From an uncultured delta proteobacterium (GTDB lineage Bacteria > Desulfobacterota > Binatia > Binatales > Binataceae): 64,000 nucleotides of DNA. The notes below the pieces were generated by a model that made no database searches, had not been told where the DNA came from, and saw only the letters and a program-made list of their open reading frames with translations. Shown piece by piece: positions 40,894-52,323 of this stretch (position 1 is its first letter; each line of letters begins with the position of its first letter). The stretch covers positions 448,001 to 512,000 of the forward strand of contig CAWCDG010000002.1 in NCBI GenBank assembly GCA_963794325.1. Reading direction: 5' to 3'. The translations under genes were made by a program, and so were the position numbers.

Positions 40894-42657
40894 ATGTATC
40901 CGCGTAAGCGCGCACTCGAGCGCATCGCGCGTGAAAAAGTGCTCTACGCGCGCCAACCCGGCGGCGACATTTCGGTCTGCGTCATTTATCCGAACACGTA
41001 CCGGCTCGGCATGGCGAATCTCGGCTTCCAGGCCGTGTTCCACATCTTCGAATCCGATGCATCGGTTGCCGCAGATCGTGCATTCCTGCCCGACGCCGAC
41101 GAACGCGACAGTTTCCGCGAGGGCGGCGAGCGCCTCGTCTCGTTCGAGCGCGGACGCCCGCTCTCCGATTTCGATATTCTCGCGTTTTCGATTTCCTTCG
41201 AGACTGACTATCTAAACGTCCTGAGCGTTTTGCGCATGGCCGGCATTCCTGCTCGCCGTGCCGAACGCGCGGGCCGGAATTATCCGCTAATCATCGCCGG
41301 CGGCTCCGCCGTGTTTCTCAATCCTGAACCGATTGCCGATTTCATCGATCTGTTTCTGATCGGCGAGGGTGAGGAGATGGTCCCGGAGTTTATCGAGCGA
41401 TGGGACGCGACGCGCGGCTCGCCCTCGCAACTGTGCGAACTCGCATCGGTTCAGGGTGCATATCTTCCCGACTTCTACACGCCGGTTTACGACGATGCTG
41501 GCCGCCTCGCGACGGTGAAATACAGCGGACCCGGCACCGGCCAGGTCAATCGCCGATTGATTCGCGACCTCAATCGTTTCACTACATCGTCCTTGATTCT
41601 CACCGAGGAGAGTGTCTTCGGCGATATGTTCCTGGTGGAGGCGAGCCGCGGATGCCAGTGGGGATGCCGCTTCTGCGCGGCCGGTTTCATGTACCGGCCG
41701 ATTCGTTATCGCGCGCCTGAAATGCTGATTGCCGAGGCTGAGCGCGGTCTTGGCGAGCGCAAAGTGATCGGCCTGGTCGGCGCGGAGATGGCCAGCGTGC
41801 CCGGCGTCGCCGATATCGCATCGGCGGTCGTCGATCGCGGTGGTCGGCTGTCGCCGTCGTCGTTGAAGGCTGATTGCATTTCGCCCGCGCTCGCATCGGC
41901 GTTGGCGCGCGGCGGAAATCAGAGCGTGACAGTTGCGCCGGAGGCGGGCAGCGAGCGGATGCGCAAGGTCATCAACAAGAATCTCACCGAGGCTGAGATT
42001 CTGCACGCCGCCGAGATGATGCTGGGCGAGGGCGTCGGCAACCTGAAATTTTATTTCATGATCGGTTTGCCCGAGGAGCGCGACGAAGACGTGCTTGCGA
42101 TTGCAGATCTGGTCGCCAAGGTGCTCGAGCGCGCCCGCGCCCGCCGCACGCGTATCGGCTCGGTTACGGTCTCGTTGAATCCGTTCGTGCCGAAGCCGTG
42201 GACGCCCTTTCAATGGGATCCGATGCAGGACGCGCGCTCGATCAAGCGCAAGGTTGCGATGCTGCGCCAGCACCTCACGCGTCTTGGACAGGTCGAGCTC
42301 GATGCGGAGTCGCCGCGTGAGGCGTATTTCCAGACCATGGTGTCGCGAGGCGATCGCCGCGTCAGCGGTATCCTCGAACGGCTCGAGGCCGCGGGCTGCG
42401 ACAGTGCCGGATCCATCTGGCACGAATTGTCGAAGATTCATCGCGAGGTCCTGGCAGACGAGAGTTCGTTTTCGTCGTTGCCCGATCCCGATTTCTTCGT
42501 CACGCGGCATTACGTCCACGACGAACTGCTGCCGTGGGATTTTATCGATCATCACATTCACAAATGGTTTCTGCTGGCCGAACGAAAGAAAGCGCATCAT
42601 GAGCATCAGAGTCCGCCGTGCGATGTCGAGCGATGCACCGTGTGCGGCGCCTGCTAG
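40894..42657 (+). CDS. radical SAM protein (TIGR03960-like)
   Basis: YPNTYRLGMANLG, CQWGCRFC, APEAGSERMR, FVPKPWTPFQW, C-terminal CTVCGAC. Confidence 0.92.
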   Translation: MYPRKRALERIAREKVLYARQPGGDISVCVIYPNTYRLGMANLGFQAVFHIFESDASVAADRAFLPDADERDSFREGGERLVSFERGRPLSDFDILAFSISFETDYLNVLSVLRMAGIPARRAERAGRNYPLIIAGGSAVFLNPEPIADFIDLFLIGEGEEMVPEFIERWDATRGSPSQLCELASVQGAYLPDFYTPVYDDAGRLATVKYSGPGTGQVNRRLIRDLNRFTTSSLILTEESVFGDMFLVEASRGCQWGCRFCAAGFMYRPIRYRAPEMLIAEAERGLGERKVIGLVGAEMASVPGVADIASAVVDRGGRLSPSSLKADCISPALASALARGGNQSVTVAPEAGSERMRKVINKNLTEAEILHAAEMMLGEGVGNLKFYFMIGLPEERDEDVLAIADLVAKVLERARARRTRIGSVTVSLNPFVPKPWTPFQWDPMQDARSIKRKVAMLRQHLTRLGQVELDAESPREAYFQTMVSRGDRRVSGILERLEAAGCDSAGSIWHELSKIHREVLADESSFSSLPDPDFFVTRHYVHDELLPWDFIDHHIHKWFLLAERKKAHHEHQSPPCDVERCTVCGAC

Positions 42658-42697
42658 AATAGTTGCACAACTTCAGAGGAGGGGTAGGAAGAGGAAG

Positions 42698-43369
42698 ATG
42701 GTTCATCGTGATTTTCGTTCAGCGCGGATAGCAGCTCTGGTAGCCGCCGTCGTGATAGCGGTCGCAATGTCGGCGCCGTCCTTTGCGGCTGGAACTGGCG
42801 ACGAAGACGTTCCCTCGACTTCGATTGTTCCCGCTGAAGGTCCGAGCGGCGCCGCGCCAGCCAATTCTCCGTCATCGGTCACCAGCCCGGCGACGTCCAG
42901 CATGGTCCTGATGCCTCCGCCGAAGCACGTGGCTCCCGCGCACCACGCGTCGACCAGGAACACGGTCCGCGAACCGGAAATCGAACCGGCGCAGGCCCGG
43001 GTGAAGGTGCTGCAAGCCGCTCCCGTGTATGCCGCGCCGGCGAAAAGCAGCAAGCGCGTCGAGCAATTGACGCCCGGCAAGTTTGTCGAGGTGACCGGCT
43101 CCACTCATTATTATCTGCAGGTGAAGCTGAAGTCCGGGCAGACGGGCTACATCGATCCGTCGGCGGTCGAGATGGTCAGGCCAGTCGACAAAGTCTTCGT
43201 GCTCACGCATGACGCCGGCGTTCTCGACAAGCCGAATCGATGGGCCAAGAAGCTCGCGGAGGTTCACCAGGGCCACAATGTTCACGTCGTCGGCCTCGCG
43301 CTGAATTACATGCGAATCCGCATGAAGAACGGCCTCGAAGGATTCATCCCGACGACTGCGCTCGAATAA
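42698..43369 (+). CDS. secreted protein with two bacterial SH3 domains
   Basis: Signal peptide, Pro/Ser linker, two repeats ending GQTGYI and GLEGFI. Confidence 0.8.
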   Translation: MVHRDFRSARIAALVAAVVIAVAMSAPSFAAGTGDEDVPSTSIVPAEGPSGAAPANSPSSVTSPATSSMVLMPPPKHVAPAHHASTRNTVREPEIEPAQARVKVLQAAPVYAAPAKSSKRVEQLTPGKFVEVTGSTHYYLQVKLKSGQTGYIDPSAVEMVRPVDKVFVLTHDAGVLDKPNRWAKKLAEVHQGHNVHVVGLALNYMRIRMKNGLEGFIPTTALE

Positions 43370-43431
43370 CTTCTCTCGCCCTCGACGATCCGTGGTCGTG
43401 TCGCTATAAGTCTCAGCGAGGGAGCCTCTGA

Positions 43432-44673
43432 ATGACGGATCGGGAACGCCAGGGTTGGATCATCGTCGCGAGTTTGTTCGTGGTGCTGGTGTTCATTTTC
43501 GGTTCCGGCTACAACACCGGCGGCCTGTTTTTTCCGCATTTGCTGAAACATTTCGGCTGGTCGCGCACGCAGCTTTCGACGCTGCAGGGCTTTGCGCTGC
43601 CGATTTCCGCGGGCGCTTGCGCTCCGCTGATTGGATGGCTGCTCGATCGGGTCGAGGCGCGGATCGTGATGGTGGCGGGCGCGATCATGACCGGCGTCTC
43701 GTTCCTCATCGCCAGCCGCGTCGATTCTTTCGGCCCGCTGTTCGGCGCCTACGTCCTGCTCGGTGTCGGCATCGGCGCATCGACGCTGCTGCCGTGCTCG
43801 CTGGTCATCGCCAATTGGTTCGGTGCGCGGCGCGGGCTGGCGATGGGCCTGGCGTTCGCGGGCACTTCGCTCGGCGGCGCTGCGATGACGATGGTCGGTA
43901 ACTTCGCGATCCAGCGCGACGGCTGGCGCGCGGGCTACGTCGCGCTGGCGATTCCGATGTTTCTGGTCGTTGTGCCGCTGATAATTTTCGTCGTAAGGAC
44001 GAGGCCGCCGCAGGCCGAGGGCATCACCGTCGCGCAAGCGAGCGCAGCCTTGCCCGGCTTCGAGCTGCGCGAGGCGTTCCGCTCGCGTTCGTTCTGGATG
44101 ATATCCGCGGCGCAATTTTTCTTCGCCGCGGTCGCGGCCGGCGCGGGGCTCCATCTGATCACCTACCTCACCGAACTTGGCTATACGCAATCCTTCGCGG
44201 CCGGGATGGCGAGCCTGGTGCTGGTGTTCGCCGCCTTCGGCAAGCTCGGGATGGGCCTGTTCGCGGATCGGGTGAGCGCAAGAATCGCGTTGACGTGCAA
44301 TTTTCTCCTCGCATGCGTCGGGATGCTCCTGATCTTCGGTGCCGCGCGCACCGCCGTGCTGATTCCATTCGTGCTGATTTTCGGTCTGTCGCTGGGCGCG
44401 CCGCTGGTGCTGGTCCCGATGCTGGTGGCGGAGTCGCTCGGACTAAAGCGCTTCGGCTCGATCGGCGGCATCGCCGGCATCTTCAATACACTCGGCGCCT
44501 TCGTCGGACCGGTCGGTGCCGGCAAGATCTACGATCTCACGGGCAGCTACGTGCTCTCATTCGAAGCGTTCGTCGTGATGTGCATCCTAGGCGCGGCAGT
44601 AACCTTCTCGTGCCGCAGCTTCGAATCCGAGCAAGCCCGCCAACCGTCCGCGCCTGTGCCAGCTACTGCGTAG
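43432..44673 (+). CDS. MFS transporter
   Basis: About 12 TM helices, GWLLDRVEAR and GLFADRVSAR loops, NWFGARRGLAMG. Confidence 0.92.
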   Translation: MTDRERQGWIIVASLFVVLVFIFGSGYNTGGLFFPHLLKHFGWSRTQLSTLQGFALPISAGACAPLIGWLLDRVEARIVMVAGAIMTGVSFLIASRVDSFGPLFGAYVLLGVGIGASTLLPCSLVIANWFGARRGLAMGLAFAGTSLGGAAMTMVGNFAIQRDGWRAGYVALAIPMFLVVVPLIIFVVRTRPPQAEGITVAQASAALPGFELREAFRSRSFWMISAAQFFFAAVAAGAGLHLITYLTELGYTQSFAAGMASLVLVFAAFGKLGMGLFADRVSARIALTCNFLLACVGMLLIFGAARTAVLIPFVLIFGLSLGAPLVLVPMLVAESLGLKRFGSIGGIAGIFNTLGAFVGPVGAGKIYDLTGSYVLSFEAFVVMCILGAAVTFSCRSFESEQARQPSAPVPATA

Positions 44674-44695
44674 ATCGCTCTGCACCGTATCGTTT

Positions 44696-45199
44696 CTAAG
44701 CGGGCCGTTTGAAGAACAGGCGGAACAGATTGCCTTTGCCCATCGCGCGTTCGATTTCCTGCATCGCAAGGTAGATGAAGACGACGATGCTGATCAGGAG
44801 CACCAGACCCATGAAATGGTCGACGCTGGCGTTGGCCATCAATCGGGAAACTGCTTCTCCGAGACTGCCGGCCTTGCGATAAGCCTCGAAGATTTTCTCG
44901 CCTATCCCCAACACGATGACGACCAGCGCATAGACGAAAGTCTTGAAGGCGACCACCACGATGCGGCGATGCGTGTTATCAGGACCGCGCCCGGCTTCCG
45001 CCCAGTCCAGCAGCGCGATCACTTTGCCGAGGATCAGTGCCGCGATTGCCGCCTTGGTGAACGCGGAGAACTCGATCGAGTACTGCGCGACGAACAGCTT
45101 GAACATGACGGCGATCAGCAGGAGCGCGATGAAGAAGAACAGGACCACCGGCGCCATCTCGCGGATCAGGCCGACGAAGAATTGTTTGACCGATTGCAC
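44696..45199 (-). CDS. hypothetical membrane protein (4 TM)
   Basis: Four hydrophobic segments; AAIAALILGKV. Confidence 0.7.
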   Translation of the reverse strand: MQSVKQFFVGLIREMAPVVLFFFIALLLIAVMFKLFVAQYSIEFSAFTKAAIAALILGKVIALLDWAEAGRGPDNTHRRIVVVAFKTFVYALVVIVLGIGEKIFEAYRKAGSLGEAVSRLMANASVDHFMGLVLLISIVVFIYLAMQEIERAMGKGNLFRLFFKRPA

Positions 45200-45262
45200 T
45201 GTAACTCCCGCGATTGGTGCATAGAGGCTACGAACAGATCTGAATGAGCTGGTTGAGTAGCT

Positions 45263-45991
45263 TTATCGCTTTGCCGAGAGCTTCGCGATCTCTTCCGCGA
45301 GGATCGGCACGCCCAAGTTGCATGCCTGAACTCCCTGCGCGACGCACAACTTCAGCACCTCCATGATCTCTTCCATAGTCGCGCCGAGCTTTAGCGCAGC
45401 CTTAATGTGACGGTGCGTGCCGGGCGCGTACATGTGCGTGAAGGATGCGTCGCAGGCGATGCTGAGGAGCTCGATCTCCTTTGGAGGGAGCGCGGCGCTC
45501 TTATACATCGGGATCGCGGTCGCAAAAAACTCATCGGTCCACACCGGATCAAGCTCGAAGAATGGATCCCATGCCGTATTCCACTGTCCAATCGCGCGCA
45601 TCGCGTCGCAGGCTGGCGTAGCGGCAGTCGCTTTCGGCGTCGGCGTTACACCCGCCGCCTTAGCTTCCTCGAGGAGTATAGGCGCGCCCAGGCTGCACGA
45701 ATGGATCGCCATAAGAGAACCCGCCTTAAGAACGAACAAAATTTCGTCGCGGGTGGCACCAGCCTGAAGTGCGGCGCGAATGTGCCGGCGAGTGCCGTCA
45801 GGATTTAGATTGGTGCACGCTGCATTTATCGCGAGGCTGATCAACTCGGATGTCTTGCGCGGCAAAACGCCGGAGTTCCACGGATTGGTGGTCATTTTCG
45901 CGCAAGCGTCGGCCCACGCAGGGTCCCATTCGCGGATTTGTGCCAGCGCCGCGTCCCACGGCCCCGTTTCCCGCATTTGGTCTCTAGTCAT
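45263..45991 (-). CDS. carboxymuconolactone decarboxylase (CMD/AhpD-like) protein, duplicated domain
   Basis: Two repeats L..K..EL.S.A...H.R/KAAL..GAT.EEI. Confidence 0.88.
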   Translation of the reverse strand: MTRDQMRETGPWDAALAQIREWDPAWADACAKMTTNPWNSGVLPRKTSELISLAINAACTNLNPDGTRRHIRAALQAGATRDEILFVLKAGSLMAIHSCSLGAPILLEEAKAAGVTPTPKATAATPACDAMRAIGQWNTAWDPFFELDPVWTDEFFATAIPMYKSAALPPKEIELLSIACDASFTHMYAPGTHRHIKAALKLGATMEEIMEVLKLCVAQGVQACNLGVPILAEEIAKLSAKR

Positions 45992-46235
45992 TTGTGGTCT
46001 CCTCCCAGCTAATTCCGAAAGATCTTCGTGCTCGATGATTCGCGATGGCGAGCCTGCCAAACCGCGCAACCCCTTCGGCAGGGGCGTTCGACGACATCAC
46101 CGGCACGTGCGCTGCCGATCGAGGTCGTCGACCCCGGCTGCCAACCGCTGCCCTGCCCAGAGCTTCATTGCTTTCTCACCTCGGCATACCCACGATCATC
46201 ATGACGACCGCCTCACTCCGGATTCGTACCCGACG

Positions 46236-47354
46236 TTACAGAATGTGCGTCGGACTCGATGGTCCAGCCGGTGCCGCCTTGGGGACCCGCCCCTCGCTGT
46301 CGTACACGAGGAAACCCTTCTGGCCGTCGGTCCGGCTGGGCGGCAACCCGAGGTTGAAGAGCGTCTCCTCGACGGTTTTGTACCAAGTCCCGATCTTCAT
46401 GATCCGGCGCGCGTCTTCAGGGCTCGCGATCTCACGGCCAAGCTCGCGTGCGATCCGCACGTTCTTCTCGATCATCTGCACGGATGTGATGCGCTTGCCG
46501 CCCTTCTTCGCGTCCCAGAGGTTCTCCTCGATGCCGGCGCGGGTGTGTTGCCCCAGTGTGATCATGAAGGAGGCGAGCGGCCAGCTGTACCGAAACATCG
46601 TCTGATAGGTCCACACCGAACCATGGGGCGTGCGGCGGATCAGATCCATCCAGTCGATGGGATTGGCGCCTGCACAACCCCCGCCGACCATGCTGAAGAA
46701 CCCGTTCACCGGCCCCATGTAGACACCCTGGCGGATGAGACGCTCTACGATCGCTAGTTGGTAGATCGAGGCGAGCGCGAAATAGGGCTGGATCGCGCTC
46801 TTCCTCAGGCGCCTCAGGTGCTCGATATAGAACTCCGGAGTCGAGTCCGCGACCATCTGGGCGTATTGCCACATGGCCTTGGGATTCGCGATGTGAGTCC
46901 CTTCGACGTCTTCCAAGGTAGTGAGTGGCGTCATGTCATACAGTGACGAGCCAATGGCGACCGTTACCTGATCCGGCTTCGGATCGATCTCGGTGAGCAT
47001 GTGCCGGGTGTCGTAGCTCTGCCAGTGCGCAGCCTCGTTGCCCTCCGGGGCAAACGAGATCGAGCCGCCGATTTGCAGGATCATCTTGGGCACGGCCGCG
47101 CGCAGACGCCCGATCTGATCGCTGTACTGCTTGAAGTTCTTCGAGATGTGGCCGGTCTCCGGATCCCGGACGTGGACGTGCAGCACGGTGGCGCCCGCGT
47201 TGTAGCAATCGACCGCCTTCTGAACCTGGGCATCCCAGCTGACCGGAATGTCCTCGGGGTAGTCGGCCGGCATCCAGACCGGCCCATACGGAGCGGCAGT
47301 GATGATCAGCGGTTCCTGATTCTCCGGCAGCAACGAATCGTCGGTGAAATACAT
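46236..47354 (-). CDS. beta-keto acid cleavage enzyme (3-keto-5-aminohexanoate cleavage family)
   Basis: LIITAAP, AGATVLHVHVRD, HTRAGIEENL, RELGREIASP. Confidence 0.9.
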   Translation of the reverse strand: MYFTDDSLLPENQEPLIITAAPYGPVWMPADYPEDIPVSWDAQVQKAVDCYNAGATVLHVHVRDPETGHISKNFKQYSDQIGRLRAAVPKMILQIGGSISFAPEGNEAAHWQSYDTRHMLTEIDPKPDQVTVAIGSSLYDMTPLTTLEDVEGTHIANPKAMWQYAQMVADSTPEFYIEHLRRLRKSAIQPYFALASIYQLAIVERLIRQGVYMGPVNGFFSMVGGGCAGANPIDWMDLIRRTPHGSVWTYQTMFRYSWPLASFMITLGQHTRAGIEENLWDAKKGGKRITSVQMIEKNVRIARELGREIASPEDARRIMKIGTWYKTVEETLFNLGLPPSRTDGQKGFLVYDSEGRVPKAAPAGPSSPTHIL

Positions 47355-47462
47355 AAAATGATCTCCTCTTTGAGTTCTTTCCTGAACCGATACTCCGGCA
47401 CGTCTATTATGCCTATTGTACTTTGGTGCAACCCCTTGAATTGATTCAGTTCGGAACCGGAC

Positions 47463-48082
47463 TCATCCGCACGCGAGCGTGAGGATCGAGCGGACTTTGG
47501 CTGCGAGGTCGGGGGCGTTTACTACGTCGGTGATGATTGCGACGGCGTCGGCGCCGGCGGCGAGGACTTCCGGGATGCGGGATTCGGTGATGCCGCCGAT
47601 TGCCACGATTGGAATCTTTACCGCGGCACGGATTGCGCGAAGCTTGTCGAGGCCGACGCCGGAGGGGTTGTTCCGCAGGCCGCCGGGGTAGATCGGGCCG
47701 AATCCGATGTAGTCCGCGCCGCCATCTTCAGCCTCGCGCGCTTGCTCGAGATTGTGGGTGGAGATTCCGATAGTCATGTTTTCGTTGGAAGTCAGGATTC
47801 GTCTTGCCGCATCAAGCGGAAGATCGGTCTGGCCGAGATGGACGCCGTGCGCATTGCTGAGAATCGCGATGTCGACGCGATCGTTGACGATGAGAGTGGC
47901 GCCGCGCTTGCGGCACATCTCGGCAATCGTGCGTGCGGCTGCCAGAAAATCACGGCCTTCTACGTCCTTCAGACGCAGCTGCATGATTCGTGCGCCGGCT
48001 TCGAGCAGGGTTTCGGCGAGTGCGACGGGCTCATGTCCGCCGGCGGGATCGACCATCGCGTAGAAGTGCGAGGGGAGTCGCG

Positions 48083-48086
<4 letters not shown>
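47463..48086 (-). CDS. thiE: thiamine phosphate synthase
   Basis: QLRLKD, IVNDRVDIA, GVHLGQTD, GISTH, VAIGGI. Confidence 0.95.
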
Positions 48087-49591
<1,505 letters not shown>

Positions 49592-49760
49592 GGTGGTTGT
49601 GCTCACGGGCTACAATCGTAACAGTAAGTTCGATCTTGTCGCCAACGGGCTGAGAGCCGCCCAAAATATATGCATCGGGCCGGTGTTGCGAGTGGGTGCG
49701 CTGTAATTTTGACTCGCTCGATCCGCTGGAAAAGATGGGAATACGCCGACCGTGGCAGGA

Positions 49761-50603
49761 TTAGCGACCTGAGGGGAAGAGGGACGTCATGCTCACGCGG
49801 AGTACCCATTGCGGTGCGCCATCAGGTCGCTTCAGAAGATCGTATGCGCCAACCTGCATGCTCAAACTTTGGGAGCCCATCTTGAACGCCTTGCCGATAT
49901 CCGCGCCCATCGGAATTGTCCACGCGTTGGCGGTATCAGCGGTCCAATCGAAGGTCATCTGCGGATCGACGTCGGCGTACCATCCGCTCTCTAAGTTGTA
50001 GCTGATCATAGGCTCGATGTAAGTCTGATTGACGCTCCCGCGATCGCGATTTCCGGCAAACGACATCAGTTGGTATGTGAGTATGGCGTTGAGCCACGGG
50101 CCTTCGGAGTACACCAGCGCCGCAGTTGGTCCTGCCGACCAGCGGCCGCTTCCCAATTCCGAGCTGCTGGCGGTGGGGAATTGAAACATCGGACCCGCGC
50201 CCCAGATCCAGGTGGACTCTTTGTGCGGCGTTAGAAAGAAAGAAGCCTGAAAGTCTTCCAGCCCGGATTGTTCATGCGGAGTGGGGGCGTAAGCGACGGT
50301 AATACTCGGTCGTGCAATCAGGTCCCAATCTGCATTCAGCGAGAACGGCACTACGGGCTCGATGTTCACGGCGTCGCCGACTTTGTGATCCCGGCCCAGT
50401 TGAAATCCGGTCGTGGATTGAATGGGGACTTTGACGAAATCCTCGAACGGATTGTGGACGGCGATTGCCAGCTGCTGATCGCTCAGGGCGCTGGGCGACG
50501 GTGCAGGCGTTGAGGCTTGTTGCGCTTGCGCCGACGCGGCCAGAAAGGCGGTCAGCAGCAAAACAAGGAACGAAGCGGGCGGCAGGGATTGCAAACGCAG
50601 CAC
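49761..50603 (-). CDS. putative outer-membrane beta-barrel protein (MetA-pathway-like family)
   Basis: Signal peptide, WGAGP..FPTAS..LGSGRWSAGP, alternating beta-strand pattern. Confidence 0.65.
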   Translation of the reverse strand: MLRLQSLPPASFLVLLLTAFLAASAQAQQASTPAPSPSALSDQQLAIAVHNPFEDFVKVPIQSTTGFQLGRDHKVGDAVNIEPVVPFSLNADWDLIARPSITVAYAPTPHEQSGLEDFQASFFLTPHKESTWIWGAGPMFQFPTASSSELGSGRWSAGPTAALVYSEGPWLNAILTYQLMSFAGNRDRGSVNQTYIEPMISYNLESGWYADVDPQMTFDWTADTANAWTIPMGADIGKAFKMGSQSLSMQVGAYDLLKRPDGAPQWVLRVSMTSLFPSGR

Positions 50604-50618
50604 TCCAAGTTGCTCGGA

Positions 50619-51734
50619 CTAAGGGGTTCCGAACCACTTGTCGTAGATCTGCTGATAGGTGCCGTTCTCGCGAAGCGCGATCAACGCGAGATTGATCTTT
50701 CGGCGGAGCGGACTCTCCAGCTGCACCATAATGGCGGCAGGCGCAGTATTAAATTCGGGACCGACCGTCTTGACCCGGCCCTTTCCGTCATGGGCCGCAT
50801 AGTAAAGGAGTAATGGCGCCGCCGTGACGACAGCATCCACTTTCTTGTCGAGGAGAGCTTTAAACATTTGATCAGTGGTCGCGAACTCCTCAATTTGTGC
50901 GTTCTGCGCCCGAAGATAATCGGCAGCGGTACTATGCGCTAGAGTGGCGACTTGCTTACCGGGCAAATCGCTCGGCCCTTCGATAGCGCCGCGAATCTGC
51001 TCGACGGTCAAGGCCGTCGTCAGCTGCGCAGTATAGAGCGCAACGAAAACCACACCGACAAACATCCAGAAGATTGAGAGCGCGCGAGCCAACCATTCAT
51101 GCGGCATTGTCTGCGCCTGTGACGTCAGCGACGCTATGCCCCAATAAATTACCTCGAAGATCCCTGGGAAGTAGTTCCGGTTCGAAAGCATGCTGTCCGA
51201 GTCCCGCCGATCAAGGAACCAGATCACATGAGCCGGGATCAGGACGATCAGCAGAGCCATGCCGAGCCACAATACGGTCGTTCGCGAAAACAGCAAACGG
51301 AGCAGGTCCGACAAGGGGTTTGTGGTCTGCGCTTTTTCGCCCGAATCGCGCACCAAAATTTGCAAGCCCGCTTGCAGGGTTGGGATCGAAAAATCGAAGT
51401 CCTGGTCGCGCGCCGAGGTTATAAAGAGGCCGAGGGTGAGGTCGGCGCTCTTGGATCGCATCGCTTCTTCCAGCGCGCTCACATCAGGCACGACCAGATA
51501 ACGCGTCTTTACCTTCAGCCGTACGGCAATCGCGTTCCAAAGATCCACGCTGAATCCGGTCAGGGTGCCGTTCTGTTCCATAATGCTCGGTGGAGCAATG
51601 AACGCGACCACACGAAGCTCCGGGGTTTCGACCGGCGCAGATGCGCCCGCGGGCGCGGCGGTCTGTGCATACGAAGAAGCAGCGATTGCGGCGCCAATCA
51701 TCGCGACCGCTAGAATACGAAGACCTTTCCTCAA
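50619..51734 (-). CDS. GluR0-like protein: split periplasmic binding domain flanking an M1-P-M2 channel module
   Basis: Signal peptide, GFSVDLW..IA, ITSARDQDFDFS, two TM helices around a pore helix, ALYTAQLTTALT, second lobe ending YQQIYDKWFG; TTG start with GGAG RBS. Confidence 0.85.
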   Translation of the reverse strand: MRKGLRILAVAMIGAAIAASSYAQTAAPAGASAPVETPELRVVAFIAPPSIMEQNGTLTGFSVDLWNAIAVRLKVKTRYLVVPDVSALEEAMRSKSADLTLGLFITSARDQDFDFSIPTLQAGLQILVRDSGEKAQTTNPLSDLLRLLFSRTTVLWLGMALLIVLIPAHVIWFLDRRDSDSMLSNRNYFPGIFEVIYWGIASLTSQAQTMPHEWLARALSIFWMFVGVVFVALYTAQLTTALTVEQIRGAIEGPSDLPGKQVATLAHSTAADYLRAQNAQIEEFATTDQMFKALLDKKVDAVVTAAPLLLYYAAHDGKGRVKTVGPEFNTAPAAIMVQLESPLRRKINLALIALRENGTYQQIYDKWFGTP

Positions 51735-51763
51735 CGACTCCCCTCCCTGATCCGCCGAACGCC

Positions 51764-52315
51764 CTACACGTGATGCTTGATTTCGACCTGTGAGCTCTCG
51801 CGATATCTGTGCAACTTTTTTGACGCACGCCCGGATCGCCATTTCTGCGTTCGGTTCGCGAGTGCGCGTGACGAGGCATAAGGGAAGGCGATCAGTACCG
51901 GTCCTACCACCAGGGCTGCCGCGGGGTGGACCATTCGAAAAATCAGAAATTGCGAGATGACGTCGAGAATAATCGCAACTGCCAGAAGGTCACCTACCGA
52001 TGCCAGAGCGCTTCGCATCAGTCTTGGGCGATCAGCGTTGCGAAAAAGCAGATTCCGCAGGAACGGTGGTCGGTCCGCGCGGGCGTCTTTGATGCCGTCG
52101 CGCGCACCCAGCATGATCGCGACCAAAGGTTGAAGGATGAATCGCAGCCGGCCCGGTCCATGGAGGCGCGCGACAAGGTCATCTATGAAGCGCGTCGAGA
52201 GCAGGTAGAGTTCGCCGGTCCTAAAAAATTCGGCGATAGCGAGCGGCGTCGCGACAACCAGCAACGCGATTACGAGCGCCGTAAGCAGTGTGCTGCGAGA
52301 GATGGAAGTCCTCAA
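51764..52315 (-). CDS. hypothetical membrane protein
   Basis: RLHGPGRLRFILQPLVAI..G.RDG..DAR motif and TM segments; start uncertain. Confidence 0.7.
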   Translation of the reverse strand: MRTSISRSTLLTALVIALLVVATPLAIAEFFRTGELYLLSTRFIDDLVARLHGPGRLRFILQPLVAIMLGARDGIKDARADRPPFLRNLLFRNADRPRLMRSALASVGDLLAVAIILDVISQFLIFRMVHPAAALVVGPVLIAFPYASSRALANRTQKWRSGRASKKLHRYRESSQVEIKHHV

Positions 52316-52323
52316 AGGGGAAC

